Of a DNA stretch of 64,000 bases, positions 20,913-30,091 are shown in pieces; position 1 is the first letter of the stretch; every line of letters starts with the position of its first letter. The stretch covers positions 278,328 through 342,327 of the forward strand of contig JAKFEE010000021.1 in assembly GCA_036675815.1 (NCBI GenBank), in the 5' to 3' direction. Both the position numbers and the translations under genes were made by a program. The notes beneath the pieces are model-generated. The model was not told the origin of the DNA. It worked only from the letters and a program-made list of their open reading frames with translations, and did not search any database. This stretch comes from Rhodospirillaceae bacterium. Its GTDB lineage: Bacteria; Pseudomonadota; Alphaproteobacteria; Rhodospirillales; Magnetospirillaceae.

Positions 20913-21491
20913 ATGCTGCGCCGCCTTTACGATCAAATCATGCGCCTTGCCGCCCATCGCCATGCCGGGTGGTGGATGGCCCTCGTCTCCTTCATCGAAA
21001 GCTCGCTGTTCCCCATTCCGCCCGACGTCATGCTGGTGCCGATGGTGCTGGCCGACCGGCGCAAGGCGTGGATGTACGCCCTGATCTGCACCGTCGCCTC
21101 GGTGATCGGCGGGTTCCTGGGCTATGCCATCGGCTATTTCCTGTTCGAGAGCATCGGCGCCTGGGTGATCCAGCTCTACCACCTCGCCCAGGAATTCGAG
21201 ACGTTCCAGCACACCTTCAACACCTACGGCGCCTGGATCGTGCTGATCAAGGGCATGACCCCCATTCCCTACAAGCTGATCACCATCACCGCCGGCGTCA
21301 CCAAGCTCGACCTGCTGGTGTTCACCGTGGCCTCGGTCGGCTCGCGCGGAATGCGCTTCTTTCTGGTCGCATGGCTGCTGTGGCAGTTCGGCCCGCCCAT
21401 TCGCGATTTCATCGAGCGACGCCTGACGTTGGTCACCACCGGGTTCGTCGTCGCCCTGGTCGGCGGCTTTTTTGCCATCAAGCTGATCTAG
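20913..21491 (+). CDS. YqaA/DedA-type inner membrane protein
   Basis: Internal ATG 20913. ..ALVSFIESSLFPIPPDVMLVPM.. and multiple TM helices. Confidence 0.75.
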   Translation: MLRRLYDQIMRLAAHRHAGWWMALVSFIESSLFPIPPDVMLVPMVLADRRKAWMYALICTVASVIGGFLGYAIGYFLFESIGAWVIQLYHLAQEFETFQHTFNTYGAWIVLIKGMTPIPYKLITITAGVTKLDLLVFTVASVGSRGMRFFLVAWLLWQFGPPIRDFIERRLTLVTTGFVVALVGGFFAIKLI

Positions 21492-21506
21492 CCCCATAAT
21501 AGAGCC

Positions 21507-22004
21507 ATGTCGGCACGCATTCTCTATCCGATGGCGGTGGTGGCCCTGGCGGCGGCGGCCCTGGCCGCCGCCCTGATCGGCCAATATGTCTACGGGCTGC
21601 TGCCCTGCGTGCTGTGCCTGTATCAGCGGGTGCCGTTCTATCTGGCGATGGCGCTGGGCCTGGGTGCCCTGCTGCCGCCGGTGAGCGATCGCGGTCGCGT
21701 GCTGCTGCTGGCACTGGCCGGGCTGGCACTGGTGGCCAATGCCGGCATCGCCGCCTTCCATGTCGGCGTCGAGCAGCACTGGTGGGCCGGCACCTCGGCC
21801 TGCGGCGGCGGAAGCGTCGGTATCACGGCCATGTCGGTCGAGGAGCTGATACAGGCGATGAACCGCCCGCCCGAGGTGCGCTGCGATCAGCCGCCGTGGT
21901 CGTTCCACGGCATCACCATGGCGATGATGAACGTACCGTTCTCGCTGGCCTTCGGCTTGGCGACGCTGGCCGCGGCCCGGGCATTGGCGTGGGCGCGGCG
22001 GTGA
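21507..22004 (+). CDS. disulfide bond formation protein B family
   Basis: Four TM helices with PCVLC and a second periplasmic Cys pair (C..C), typical of DsbB/BdbC-like proteins. Confidence 0.75.
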   Translation: MSARILYPMAVVALAAAALAAALIGQYVYGLLPCVLCLYQRVPFYLAMALGLGALLPPVSDRGRVLLLALAGLALVANAGIAAFHVGVEQHWWAGTSACGGGSVGITAMSVEELIQAMNRPPEVRCDQPPWSFHGITMAMMNVPFSLAFGLATLAAARALAWARR

Positions 22005-22027
22005 CGCGGCGCACCGGCGAGGGCGGC

Positions 22028-22555
22028 ATGCCCACCGACCTCGGCCGCGACGCGCTGGTGGCGCGCATGCTGCGCGTCAACCACGCCGGCGAGTATGGCG
22101 CGGTGCGCATCTACGAGGGGCAGTTGGCCGTGTTGCGGCGCAGTGGCGCGGCGCGCAGCCTGCGGCACATGGCGGCACAGGAGCGCCGCCATCTCGAGGC
22201 CTTCGACAGATTGATCGGCGAGCGCCGCGTGCGGCCGACCCTGCTGTCGCCGCTGTGGCATGTCGCCGGCTTCGCCCTGGGCGCCGGCACCGCCCTGCTC
22301 GGCCCGGCGGCGGCCATGGCCTGCACGGTGGCCGTCGAGGAGGTCATCGACGAGCACTACGCCCGCCAGGCCGAACAGCTCGGCGACGACGAGGCGCCGC
22401 TGCGGGCGACCGTCGAGGAGTTCCGCGCCGACGAACTGGCCCATCGCGACGAGGCCCTGCGCCAAGGTGCCGAACAGGCGCCGGCCTATCCCCTGCTCAC
22501 CGGGGCGGTCAAGGCCGGCTCACGCCTGGCGATCTGGCTGTCGGAACGGCTGTAA
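22028..22555 (+). CDS. coq7: demethoxyubiquinone hydroxylase (Coq7 family di-iron protein)
   Basis: RVNHAGEYGAVRIYEGQ..ERRHLE..EEVIDEHY..ADELAHRD di-iron ExxH motifs. GTG 22001, overlapping the upstream stop, is an alternative start. Confidence 0.88.
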   Translation: MPTDLGRDALVARMLRVNHAGEYGAVRIYEGQLAVLRRSGAARSLRHMAAQERRHLEAFDRLIGERRVRPTLLSPLWHVAGFALGAGTALLGPAAAMACTVAVEEVIDEHYARQAEQLGDDEAPLRATVEEFRADELAHRDEALRQGAEQAPAYPLLTGAVKAGSRLAIWLSERL

Positions 22556-22639
22556 AAATAAGAAAGTTCAGCGCGAGTTACCGGGAGTTCCCGATGGAAA
22601 CTGCCGTTACCGAACGGTAAATGGCCCACCGTCGAGTTT

Positions 22640-22891
22640 CGTCACTCCCGCGAAAGAGCGTATGAAGGAATCCCCTCTCCGTCACCCCCGCGGAAGCGGG
22701 GGTCTATTCCGTCTGCGCTTCGGCATCGAAATCGTGGCGAGATGCCGGCGAGAGCCCGCAGGTCGTGCAGCCGGCGGAATGGATTCCCGCTTTCGCGCGC
22801 TTTCGCGGGAATGACGGAACAATGGACCCCCGCTTCCGCGGGGGGTGACGGGAAAAGGGAATTCCTTCACGCGCTCCTTCGCGGCATGACG
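22640..22891. repeat. composite MITE-like element: two ~75-80 nt imperfect inverted arms (22640-22713 / 22813-22891) around a ~100-nt centre, built from gtcac-[hairpin]...[hairpin]-tgacg units
   Basis: The reverse complement of the right arm aligns with the left arm over most of its length (cgtcac/tNccgcgaa.gagcg..tgaaggaat.ccc..gtcaccccc.gcggaagcgggggtc.att..ccgtc). It has the same unit architecture as 28268 and 38778. Confidence 0.75.
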
Positions 22892-22931
22892 TTCTTTGAG
22901 GATGCTCCCCGGAGTTCCGCGATGAACCGCC

Positions 22932-23597
22932 CTAGAAATCGAGATCGGCGTAATGGGCCGGTGGCTTCAGGCCGGGCACCACGTCGGCGAGCAGCGGCCG
23001 GAAGCTGGGGCGCGACTTGATGCGGGCGTACCAATCCTTGACCACCGGGTGGTCTTCCCATGGCACGTCGCCGATGTAGTCGATACAGGAAATGTGGGCC
23101 GCCGCCGTGATGTCGGCCAGCGACAGGTAATCGCCGGCCAGCCAGCGGCGCCGCTCGATGAGCCAGGCGATGTATTCGAAATGCGGGTGGATGTTGGCGT
23201 AACCGGCGCGCACGAAGCGTGAGTCGGGGTAGCCCGCGCCCATGCATCGCTTCAGCGCCTTTTCCGCCACCAGGTTCTGGGTGACGTCGCGGTCAAACAA
23301 CCGATCGAACCAGCCGACCAGCCGGCGCACCTCGGCGCGATCGACGGCGGAATGCCCCAGCAATGGCGGTTCGGCGTGCACCTCGTCGAGGTACTCGCAG
23401 ATGGCGCCGGCATCGGCCAGCACCAGATCATCCTCCACCAGCACCGGCACCTCGCCGGCCGGGTTGAGCTGCAGGAACTCCTCGCGCCGCTCCCACGGCC
23501 GCTCCACCACCGGCTCGAACTCCAGCCGCTTCTCGCCGAGGACGAGTCGCACCTTTCGGGCAGCGGGGCTTAGCCAGAAGTGCAGGAGCGTGCGCAT
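22932..23597 (-). CDS. glutathione S-transferase
   Basis: Internal ATG 23597. A thioredoxin-like N-domain (..LNPAGEVPVLV..) and a GST C-domain. Confidence 0.85.
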   Translation of the reverse strand: MRTLLHFWLSPAARKVRLVLGEKRLEFEPVVERPWERREEFLQLNPAGEVPVLVEDDLVLADAGAICEYLDEVHAEPPLLGHSAVDRAEVRRLVGWFDRLFDRDVTQNLVAEKALKRCMGAGYPDSRFVRAGYANIHPHFEYIAWLIERRRWLAGDYLSLADITAAAHISCIDYIGDVPWEDHPVVKDWYARIKSRPSFRPLLADVVPGLKPPAHYADLDF

Positions 23598-23681
23598 AAC
23601 CCTATTTAGCGGAGGAGCTTGCTCAGCGGCAAGCCCCGCCGCGGGTGACAACGGCAATACATACGCACGCCCTACCCGCCC

Positions 23682-26600
23682 TCAGGCCGTGGCCTTTGCC
23701 ACCTCGGCCGCCGACACGGGATGGGCGAGACGGGTCAGCATCTCCTTGGGCACGATCTGCCAGAACTTCGGCAACTCGCGCGACCAGTCGTTGAGGATGC
23801 CGTTGGCCCAACGCGAGTGCGTTTCCACCGCATGTTCGGCCACCAGCGCCTTCAGCACCATGGCCCAGTGCTCGGTCTCGACCCGCTGCCAGATCACCGC
23901 CTCGGGGTTGACACGGTGCTCGAAATCACCCTCGGCATCGTAGACGAAGCCCATGCCGCCGGTCATGCCGGCGGCAAAATTGGCGCCCACCTTGCCCAGG
24001 ATCACGGCGGTGCCGCCGGTCATGTACTCGCAGCCGTTCGAGCCGCAGCCCTCGATCACGGCACTGGCGCCGGAGTTGCGCACGGCGAAGCGCTCGCCGG
24101 CCTGGCCGGCGGCGAACAGCTTGCCGCCGGTGGCGCCGTAGAGCACGGTGTTGCCGATGATGGTGTTGGCGTTGCTGGCCAGCGGAGAGCTGACCGGCGG
24201 CCGCACCACGATGGTGCCGCCCGACAGCCCCTTGCCGACATAGTCGTTGGCGTCGCCGAACACCTCGAGCTTGAGCCCCTGCACCGCCCAGGCGCCGAGC
24301 GATTGACCGGCGGTGCCGCGCAGCCGCACGGTGATGTGGCCGGGATTGAGGCCGGTCATGCCGTAGCGCCGCACGATCTTGTGGCTGAGCTTGGTGCCGA
24401 TGGCACGGTGGGTGTTGCGCACGTTATAGGCGAGCTGCATCTTCTCGCCCTCCTCCAGCGCTGGTCGCGCATCCAGGATCATCTGGGCGTCCAGCGTCTC
24501 CGGCACCTCGTTGCGCTCCTTCTCGCCCATGGCGCAGTGGCGCGGGAACCCGCCGGAATCGGCCTGGGCGAGGATCGAGTTGAGGTCGAGGTCGTCGAGA
24601 TGCGAACTGCCGCGGCTGACCTGATGCAACAGGTCGGAGCGGCCAATGATCTCGTTCAGCGACTTGGCGCCCAGCGACGCCAGGATCTCGCGCACATCCT
24701 CGGCGATGAAGCTGAACAGGTTGACCACCTTCTCGGGGCTGCCGGTGAAGCGGGCGCGCAATGCCGGATCCTGGGTAGTGACGCCGACCGGGCAGGTGTT
24801 GGAGTGGCACTGCCGCACCATGATGCAGCCCAGCGCGACCAGGCTGGTGGTGCCGATGCCGAACTCCTCGGCGCCGAGCATGGCGGCGATGACGATGTCG
24901 CGCCCGGTCTTGAGGCCGCCGTCGGTGCGCAGCTTGACGCGATGGCGCAGACGATTGAGCGTCAGCACCTGATGCACTTCCGACAGGCCCATCTCCCAGG
25001 GCAGGCCGGCATGCTTGATCGAGCTTTGCGGGCTGGCGCCGGTACCGCCGACATGGCCGGAAATGAGGATGATGTCGGCCTTGGCCTTGGCCACGCCGGC
25101 GGCAATGGTGCCGATGCCGGAGCGCGCCACCAGCTTGACCGTCACCTTGGCTTCGGGGTTGATCTGCTTGAGATCGTAGATGAGCTGGGCCAAGTCCTCG
25201 ATCGAATAGATGTCGTGGTGCGGCGGCGGGCTGATCAGCATGACCCCCGGCGTCGCATGACGCAGGCGGGCGATCTCCACCGTCACCTTGAACCCGGGCA
25301 GTTGCCCGCCCTCGCCCGGCTTGGCACCCTGCGCCACCTTGATCTCGATCTCACGGCACATGTTCAGGTATTCGGCGGTGACGCCGAAGCGACCCGAGGC
25401 GATCTGCTTGACCGCCGAGTTGGCGTTGTCGCCGTTGGGGAACGGCTTGTAGCGGGCCGGGTCCTCGCCGCCCTCGCCCGACACCGATTTGGCGCCGATG
25501 CGGTTCATGGCGATGTTGAGAGTGCCGTGCGCCTCGGGGCTGAGCGCGCCCATCGACATGCCGGGGGTGAGGAAGCGCTTGCGGATCTCGGTGATCGACT
25601 CGACGTCGTCGATGGCAACCACACGTCCGGCCGCCTTGATCTCCAGCAGGTCGCGCAGATTGATCGGCGGCAGCTTGCGCACGCCCTCGGCATAGCGCTT
25701 GTAGGTCTGGTATGAATCGTTGTTCACCGCCTGCTGCAGCGTGTGGATCAGCGTGCCCTCGAAGCCGTGCACCTCGCCACTGCGGCGATAGCGATAGAAA
25801 CCGCCCACCGGCAAGGTAACGACGCCCTCGGCGAAGGCCTTCTCGTACAACTCGCACACCCGGGTCTGGATGCCGTTGAGGCCGAGGCCCGAGATGCGGC
25901 TGGACATGCCGGGGAAGAACTCGGCGACCAGCGAACGCGACAGGCCGACGCTTTCCATGTTGTAGCCGCCGCGGTACGAGCTGATCACCGAGATGCCCAT
26001 CTTGGACATGATCTTCAGCAGGCCCTGGCCGATGGCGTGGGTATAGCTGTCGACGCAGGATTCGAGCGTGCGCTCGCCGAACAGGCCGCGGCGGTGGCGA
26101 TCGGCGATCGATTCCTGGGCCAGCCACGGATTGACCGTGGTGGCGCCGACGCCGATCAGCACGGCGAAATAATGAACGTCCAGGCACTCGCCCGAGCGCA
26201 CGTTGAGCGAGGTGAAGGTGCGCAGCTGCTGGCGCACCAGATGCGTATGCACGCCGCCGGCGGCAAGAATCATCGGGATGGCGGCGCGATGGGCCGAAAT
26301 GTTCTTGTCCGAGAGGACGAGATGCGTGCAGCCGCCGCGCACCGCGTCCTCGGCCTCATGGCGGACGCGATCGAGCGCATCGCGCAGGCCGTGCTCGGAG
26401 CTGGGGTCGAAGGTGCAGTCGATCTCGGCGGCGGTATCGCCCATGTAGTTGCGCATCGCCTCGAACTCGGCGTTCGACAGCACCGGCGATTCGAGCTGCA
26501 GCAGGTCACACTGCGTCTCGTCCTCGTCGAGGATGTTGCCGAGATTGCCGAGGCGGGTGCGCAGCGACATCACCCGCAATTCGCGAAGTGAGTCGATCGG

Positions 26601-28202
26601 CGGATTGGTGACCTGGCTGAAGCTCTGGCGGAAGAAATGGTGCAGGCCGCGATAGTTGTCGGACAACACCGCCAGCGGCGTGTCGTCGCCCATGCTGCCC
26701 ACCGCCTCCTTGCCGTCCTCGACCATGGGATGGAGGATCAGCTCGAGGTCTTCCATGCTGAGGCCATAGGCCAGCTGTCGCCGGCGCAGATCCTCGACGG
26801 CAAGTTCGGCCGGCTCGCGCACGTCGGCGCGGATCAGGCTGTCGAGCTCGGTGATGCGCTTGACCCATTCGCCGTAGGGCTGCGCCGAGGCCAGCTTGTC
26901 CTTGATCTCGCGGTCGCGGAAGAACTGGCCGGATTTGAGGTCGACGGCAATCATCTGGCCGGGGCCCACACGGCCCTTCTCGACCACCACACTGTCGCTC
27001 ACCTTGATCATGCCGGCCTCGGAACCGATGATCAGCAGGCCATTCGCGGTGACGGTGTAGCGCATCGGCCGCAGGCCGTTGCGGTCCATGCCGGCCACCA
27101 CCCAGCGCCCGTCGGTGGCGCATAGGGCGGCCGGGCCGTCCCACGGCTCCATGACGCAGTTGGCGTAGGAGACGAACTCGCGGTGCGCCTTGGGCATGGT
27201 GACGTTCTGCGTCACCGATTCCGGCACCAGCATCGCCTTGACCATCGGCGCGATGCGCCCGGCCCGCACCAGCACCTCGAACACGTTGTCGAGCGCCGCC
27301 GAGTCCGAGCCGCTCGGCTGGATCACCGGCTTGACGTCCTCGACCCGTTCGCCGAAGACCTCATGCGCCATGCGCGTCTCGTGCGACTTCATCCAGTTGA
27401 CGTTGCCGGGCAAGGTGTTGATCTCGCCGTTGTGGGCCAGCATGCGGAAGGGCTGCGCCAGTCGCCAGGTGGGGAAGGTGTTGGTGGAATAGCGCTGGTG
27501 GTAGATGGCGAAGGTCGAGACGAAGCGCTCGTCCTTGAGGTCCGGATAGAATGAATCGAGCTGCTCGGCCAGGAACATGCCCTTGTAGATGATCGAGCGG
27601 CAGGACAGCGAGCAGATGTAGAACTCGGTGATGTGCTCGCCCAAGACCCGCTTTTCGATGCGGCGGCGGATGACGTAGAGGTCGGTCTCGAACTGCGCCT
27701 CGGGGGTGCGCTTCGAGTTGGCGACCATGATCTGCTCGATCTCGGGCCGGGTGGCGTTGGCCTTCTCGCCGATCACCGTGACGTCGACCGGCACCTGGCG
27801 CCAGCCGTAGATCTGATAGCCGAAGGCCAGGATCTCGGTCTCGACGATCGAGCGGCAGCGCTCCTGGGCGCCGAGATCGGTCTTGGGCAGGAAGATCATG
27901 CCCACCGCCAGCCGCCCGGCCACCGGCTCGTGGCCGGTATGACGGATGTGTTCCTTGAAGAAGTCCTGGGGGATTTCGACGTGGATGCCGGCGCCGTCGC
28001 CGGTCTTGCCATCGGCATCGACGGCGCCGCGGTGGAACAGGACCTTGAGCGCATCGATGCCGGCGGCGACGACTTCGCGGCGCGGCTTGCCGTCGAGGGC
28101 GGCGATCAGGCCGACGCCGCAGGCGTCATGCTCGGTCAGATCGATGCCGGCCCGCTCGAGAATGGCGGCGTTCTTGCGATAGTCTTCGACGAAGTTGCTC
28201 AT
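23682..28202 (-). CDS. gltB: glutamate synthase (NADPH) large subunit
   Basis: About 1506 aa. HDACGVG N-terminal amidotransferase Cys, FMN/3Fe-4S central domains and a GXGXG C-terminal domain. ATG at 28202. Confidence 0.95.
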   Translation of the reverse strand: MSNFVEDYRKNAAILERAGIDLTEHDACGVGLIAALDGKPRREVVAAGIDALKVLFHRGAVDADGKTGDGAGIHVEIPQDFFKEHIRHTGHEPVAGRLAVGMIFLPKTDLGAQERCRSIVETEILAFGYQIYGWRQVPVDVTVIGEKANATRPEIEQIMVANSKRTPEAQFETDLYVIRRRIEKRVLGEHITEFYICSLSCRSIIYKGMFLAEQLDSFYPDLKDERFVSTFAIYHQRYSTNTFPTWRLAQPFRMLAHNGEINTLPGNVNWMKSHETRMAHEVFGERVEDVKPVIQPSGSDSAALDNVFEVLVRAGRIAPMVKAMLVPESVTQNVTMPKAHREFVSYANCVMEPWDGPAALCATDGRWVVAGMDRNGLRPMRYTVTANGLLIIGSEAGMIKVSDSVVVEKGRVGPGQMIAVDLKSGQFFRDREIKDKLASAQPYGEWVKRITELDSLIRADVREPAELAVEDLRRRQLAYGLSMEDLELILHPMVEDGKEAVGSMGDDTPLAVLSDNYRGLHHFFRQSFSQVTNPPIDSLRELRVMSLRTRLGNLGNILDEDETQCDLLQLESPVLSNAEFEAMRNYMGDTAAEIDCTFDPSSEHGLRDALDRVRHEAEDAVRGGCTHLVLSDKNISAHRAAIPMILAAGGVHTHLVRQQLRTFTSLNVRSGECLDVHYFAVLIGVGATTVNPWLAQESIADRHRRGLFGERTLESCVDSYTHAIGQGLLKIMSKMGISVISSYRGGYNMESVGLSRSLVAEFFPGMSSRISGLGLNGIQTRVCELYEKAFAEGVVTLPVGGFYRYRRSGEVHGFEGTLIHTLQQAVNNDSYQTYKRYAEGVRKLPPINLRDLLEIKAAGRVVAIDDVESITEIRKRFLTPGMSMGALSPEAHGTLNIAMNRIGAKSVSGEGGEDPARYKPFPNGDNANSAVKQIASGRFGVTAEYLNMCREIEIKVAQGAKPGEGGQLPGFKVTVEIARLRHATPGVMLISPPPHHDIYSIEDLAQLIYDLKQINPEAKVTVKLVARSGIGTIAAGVAKAKADIILISGHVGGTGASPQSSIKHAGLPWEMGLSEVHQVLTLNRLRHRVKLRTDGGLKTGRDIVIAAMLGAEEFGIGTTSLVALGCIMVRQCHSNTCPVGVTTQDPALRARFTGSPEKVVNLFSFIAEDVREILASLGAKSLNEIIGRSDLLHQVSRGSSHLDDLDLNSILAQADSGGFPRHCAMGEKERNEVPETLDAQMILDARPALEEGEKMQLAYNVRNTHRAIGTKLSHKIVRRYGMTGLNPGHITVRLRGTAGQSLGAWAVQGLKLEVFGDANDYVGKGLSGGTIVVRPPVSSPLASNANTIIGNTVLYGATGGKLFAAGQAGERFAVRNSGASAVIEGCGSNGCEYMTGGTAVILGKVGANFAAGMTGGMGFVYDAEGDFEHRVNPEAVIWQRVETEHWAMVLKALVAEHAVETHSRWANGILNDWSRELPKFWQIVPKEMLTRLAHPVSAAEVAKATA

Positions 28203-28227
28203 GGCGGACTTCCTGGATTGCGAACTA

Positions 28228-28378
28228 CAGCAGCACAGAGGCTTCACAGAGAAGCATCCTCTTGCTCGTCACTCCCGCGACGCGGGAGTCCATTCCTGAG
28301 GCCTCCGGACTGGATGCCCGCTTTCGCGGGCATGACGCAAAACCTCTGGGTCTCTGTGCCTTTGTGTCTCTGTGGTCT
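28228..28378. repeat. intergenic repeat element (hairpin pair gtcactcccgcgacgcgggagtcc ... ggatgcccgctttcgcgggcatgacg, flanked by cacagag / ctctgtg motifs)
   Basis: Two perfect 8-bp stem hairpins lie at 28268-28337. Inverted cacagag..ctctgtg flanks surround them. The element sits between gltD and gltB. Confidence 0.7.
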
Positions 28379-28388
28379 GACTTGTCTC

Positions 28389-29834
28389 TTACTCGGCGGC
28401 CTGGCGCTGTTGGCCGGCTGCTTTCGCCTCGATCCAACGGTGGATCTGCGCCGCGGCATCGCGGCCGTCGCGGATCGCCCACACCACCAGCGAGGCGCCG
28501 CGCACGATGTCGCCGGCGGCAAAGACGCCGTCGATGCTGGTCATCTGCGTCTTGTAGTCGATCTGCAAGGTACCCCACCGGCTGAGCTGCAGCTCGGGGG
28601 CGCCGAAGGCCGTGGGCACGTCTTCGGGATCGAAGCCCAGGGCCTCGATCACCATGTCGGCAGGCAAGGTGAAGCCCGACCCCTCGATCGGCTTCGGCTG
28701 CTGACGGCCGCTGGCGTCGGCGCCGGCCAGGTGCATGCGCACCGCCCGCACGCCGGCGACCGTGCCGTCGCCGATCAGCGCCTCGGGGGCGGCCAGCCAT
28801 TCGAAGGTCACCCCCTCCTCCTCGGCATGCGCTACTTCGCGCTGCGAGCCGGGCATGTTGGCGCGGTCGCGCCGATAGAGGCAGGTCACCGACGTCGCCC
28901 CCTGACGGATGGCGGTGCGCAGGCAGTCCATGGCTGTGTCGCCGCCGCCGATGACGACGACGTTCTTGCCGGCGGCATCGAGGGTGCCGTCGTCATAGGC
29001 GGGCACGGAGTCGCCCAGCCCCTTGCGGTTCGACGCGATCAGGTAATCCAGCGCCTCGTGCACGCCGCCCAGCCCCGCCCCCGGGCAGGCGAGCTGGCGT
29101 GCCTTGTAGACGCCGGTGGCGATCAGCAGCGCGTCGTGCTTGCGGCGCAGATCGCCCAGGCTGGCGTCGCGCCCCACCGCAAAGCCCGTGTGGAAGTGCA
29201 CCCCACCCACGGCGAGAAGCTTGGTGCGGCGCTCCACCACCGCCTTGTCCAGCTTGAAATTGGGGATGCCATAGATCATCAGGCCGCCCATGCGATCGTG
29301 GCGATCGTAGACATGCACCTGATAGCCGGCTTGGCGCAGCTGATCGGCCGCCGCCAACCCGGCGGGGCCGCCGCCGATGATGCCCACGCTTTCGGCGCGC
29401 TCGCGCAGCGGCTTCGCCGGCTTGACCCAGCCGTTGGCCCAGGCGGTGTCGGTGATGTAGCGCTCGACCGCACCGATGGTGACGGTGCCATGGCGCGACT
29501 GCTCCAGCGTGCAGTTGCCTTCGCACAGCCGGTCCTGCGGACAGATGCGGCCGCAGATCTCCGGGAAATTATTGGTTGCCTGCGACACGGCATAGGCCTC
29601 GTCCAGGCGACCCTCGGCCGTCAGCATCAGCCAGTCGGGGATGTTGTTCTGCACCGGGCAATGGATCTGACAATAGGGAATGCCGCATTGCTCGCAGCGC
29701 GACGCCTGGTCGGCGGCGTTTTCCGGCACGAAGTCGCGGTAGATTTCGCCGAAATCGGCGCGACGGTCATCCGCCTTGCGCTTGTCGGGCATCTGCTGAT
29801 CAAGCGTGATGAACTGCAGCATCTTGCGCGGCAT
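28389..29834 (-). CDS. gltD: glutamate synthase (NADPH) small subunit
   Basis: 481 aa with an N-terminal Cys cluster (CEQCGIPYCQIHCP..) and two Rossmann GxGxxG motifs (IIGGGPAG, VIGGGDTAMD). Confidence 0.93.
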   Translation of the reverse strand: MPRKMLQFITLDQQMPDKRKADDRRADFGEIYRDFVPENAADQASRCEQCGIPYCQIHCPVQNNIPDWLMLTAEGRLDEAYAVSQATNNFPEICGRICPQDRLCEGNCTLEQSRHGTVTIGAVERYITDTAWANGWVKPAKPLRERAESVGIIGGGPAGLAAADQLRQAGYQVHVYDRHDRMGGLMIYGIPNFKLDKAVVERRTKLLAVGGVHFHTGFAVGRDASLGDLRRKHDALLIATGVYKARQLACPGAGLGGVHEALDYLIASNRKGLGDSVPAYDDGTLDAAGKNVVVIGGGDTAMDCLRTAIRQGATSVTCLYRRDRANMPGSQREVAHAEEEGVTFEWLAAPEALIGDGTVAGVRAVRMHLAGADASGRQQPKPIEGSGFTLPADMVIEALGFDPEDVPTAFGAPELQLSRWGTLQIDYKTQMTSIDGVFAAGDIVRGASLVVWAIRDGRDAAAQIHRWIEAKAAGQQRQAAE

Positions 29835-30046
29835 CGGGCTCGCCTCCGGCCGTGATGGATCCTCTGCCCTGGCGGGCGGCCTCCTCTAAATACGACAGCG
29901 GAAGGCGCCGCGCGAGTGAAATTTTGTAGCTAGGTCAAGCAAACTTACCTTTTTTCAGCCTATCGCTGGGAGCAATCAATCCACCCAATCGGCGGCATCG
30001 CATTTTTCGATCACATTGTCCTGTTTTGGTACTGTTTACCGAGGGC

Positions 30047-30070
30047 AAATAAAAAGCGGCGTGGCGCCGC
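30047..30070 (-). terminator. rho-independent terminator downstream of the NDUFA9-like gene
   Basis: On the minus strand: gcggcg-cca-cgccgc (6-bp GC stem) followed by tttttattt, 22 nt after the stop at 30092. Confidence 0.6.
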
Positions 30071-30091
30071 CGCCCTCCACTCCCGCTTACC

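Noticed and set aside
28338-28388. Short tandem-looking tctctgtg / ctttgtg repeats, checked as a possible mini CRISPR or tandem-repeat array.
   Set aside because: The units are only 7-9 nt, irregular and without spacers of constant length. They mirror cacagag motifs on the other side of the hairpin pair and so belong to the same palindromic repeat element.
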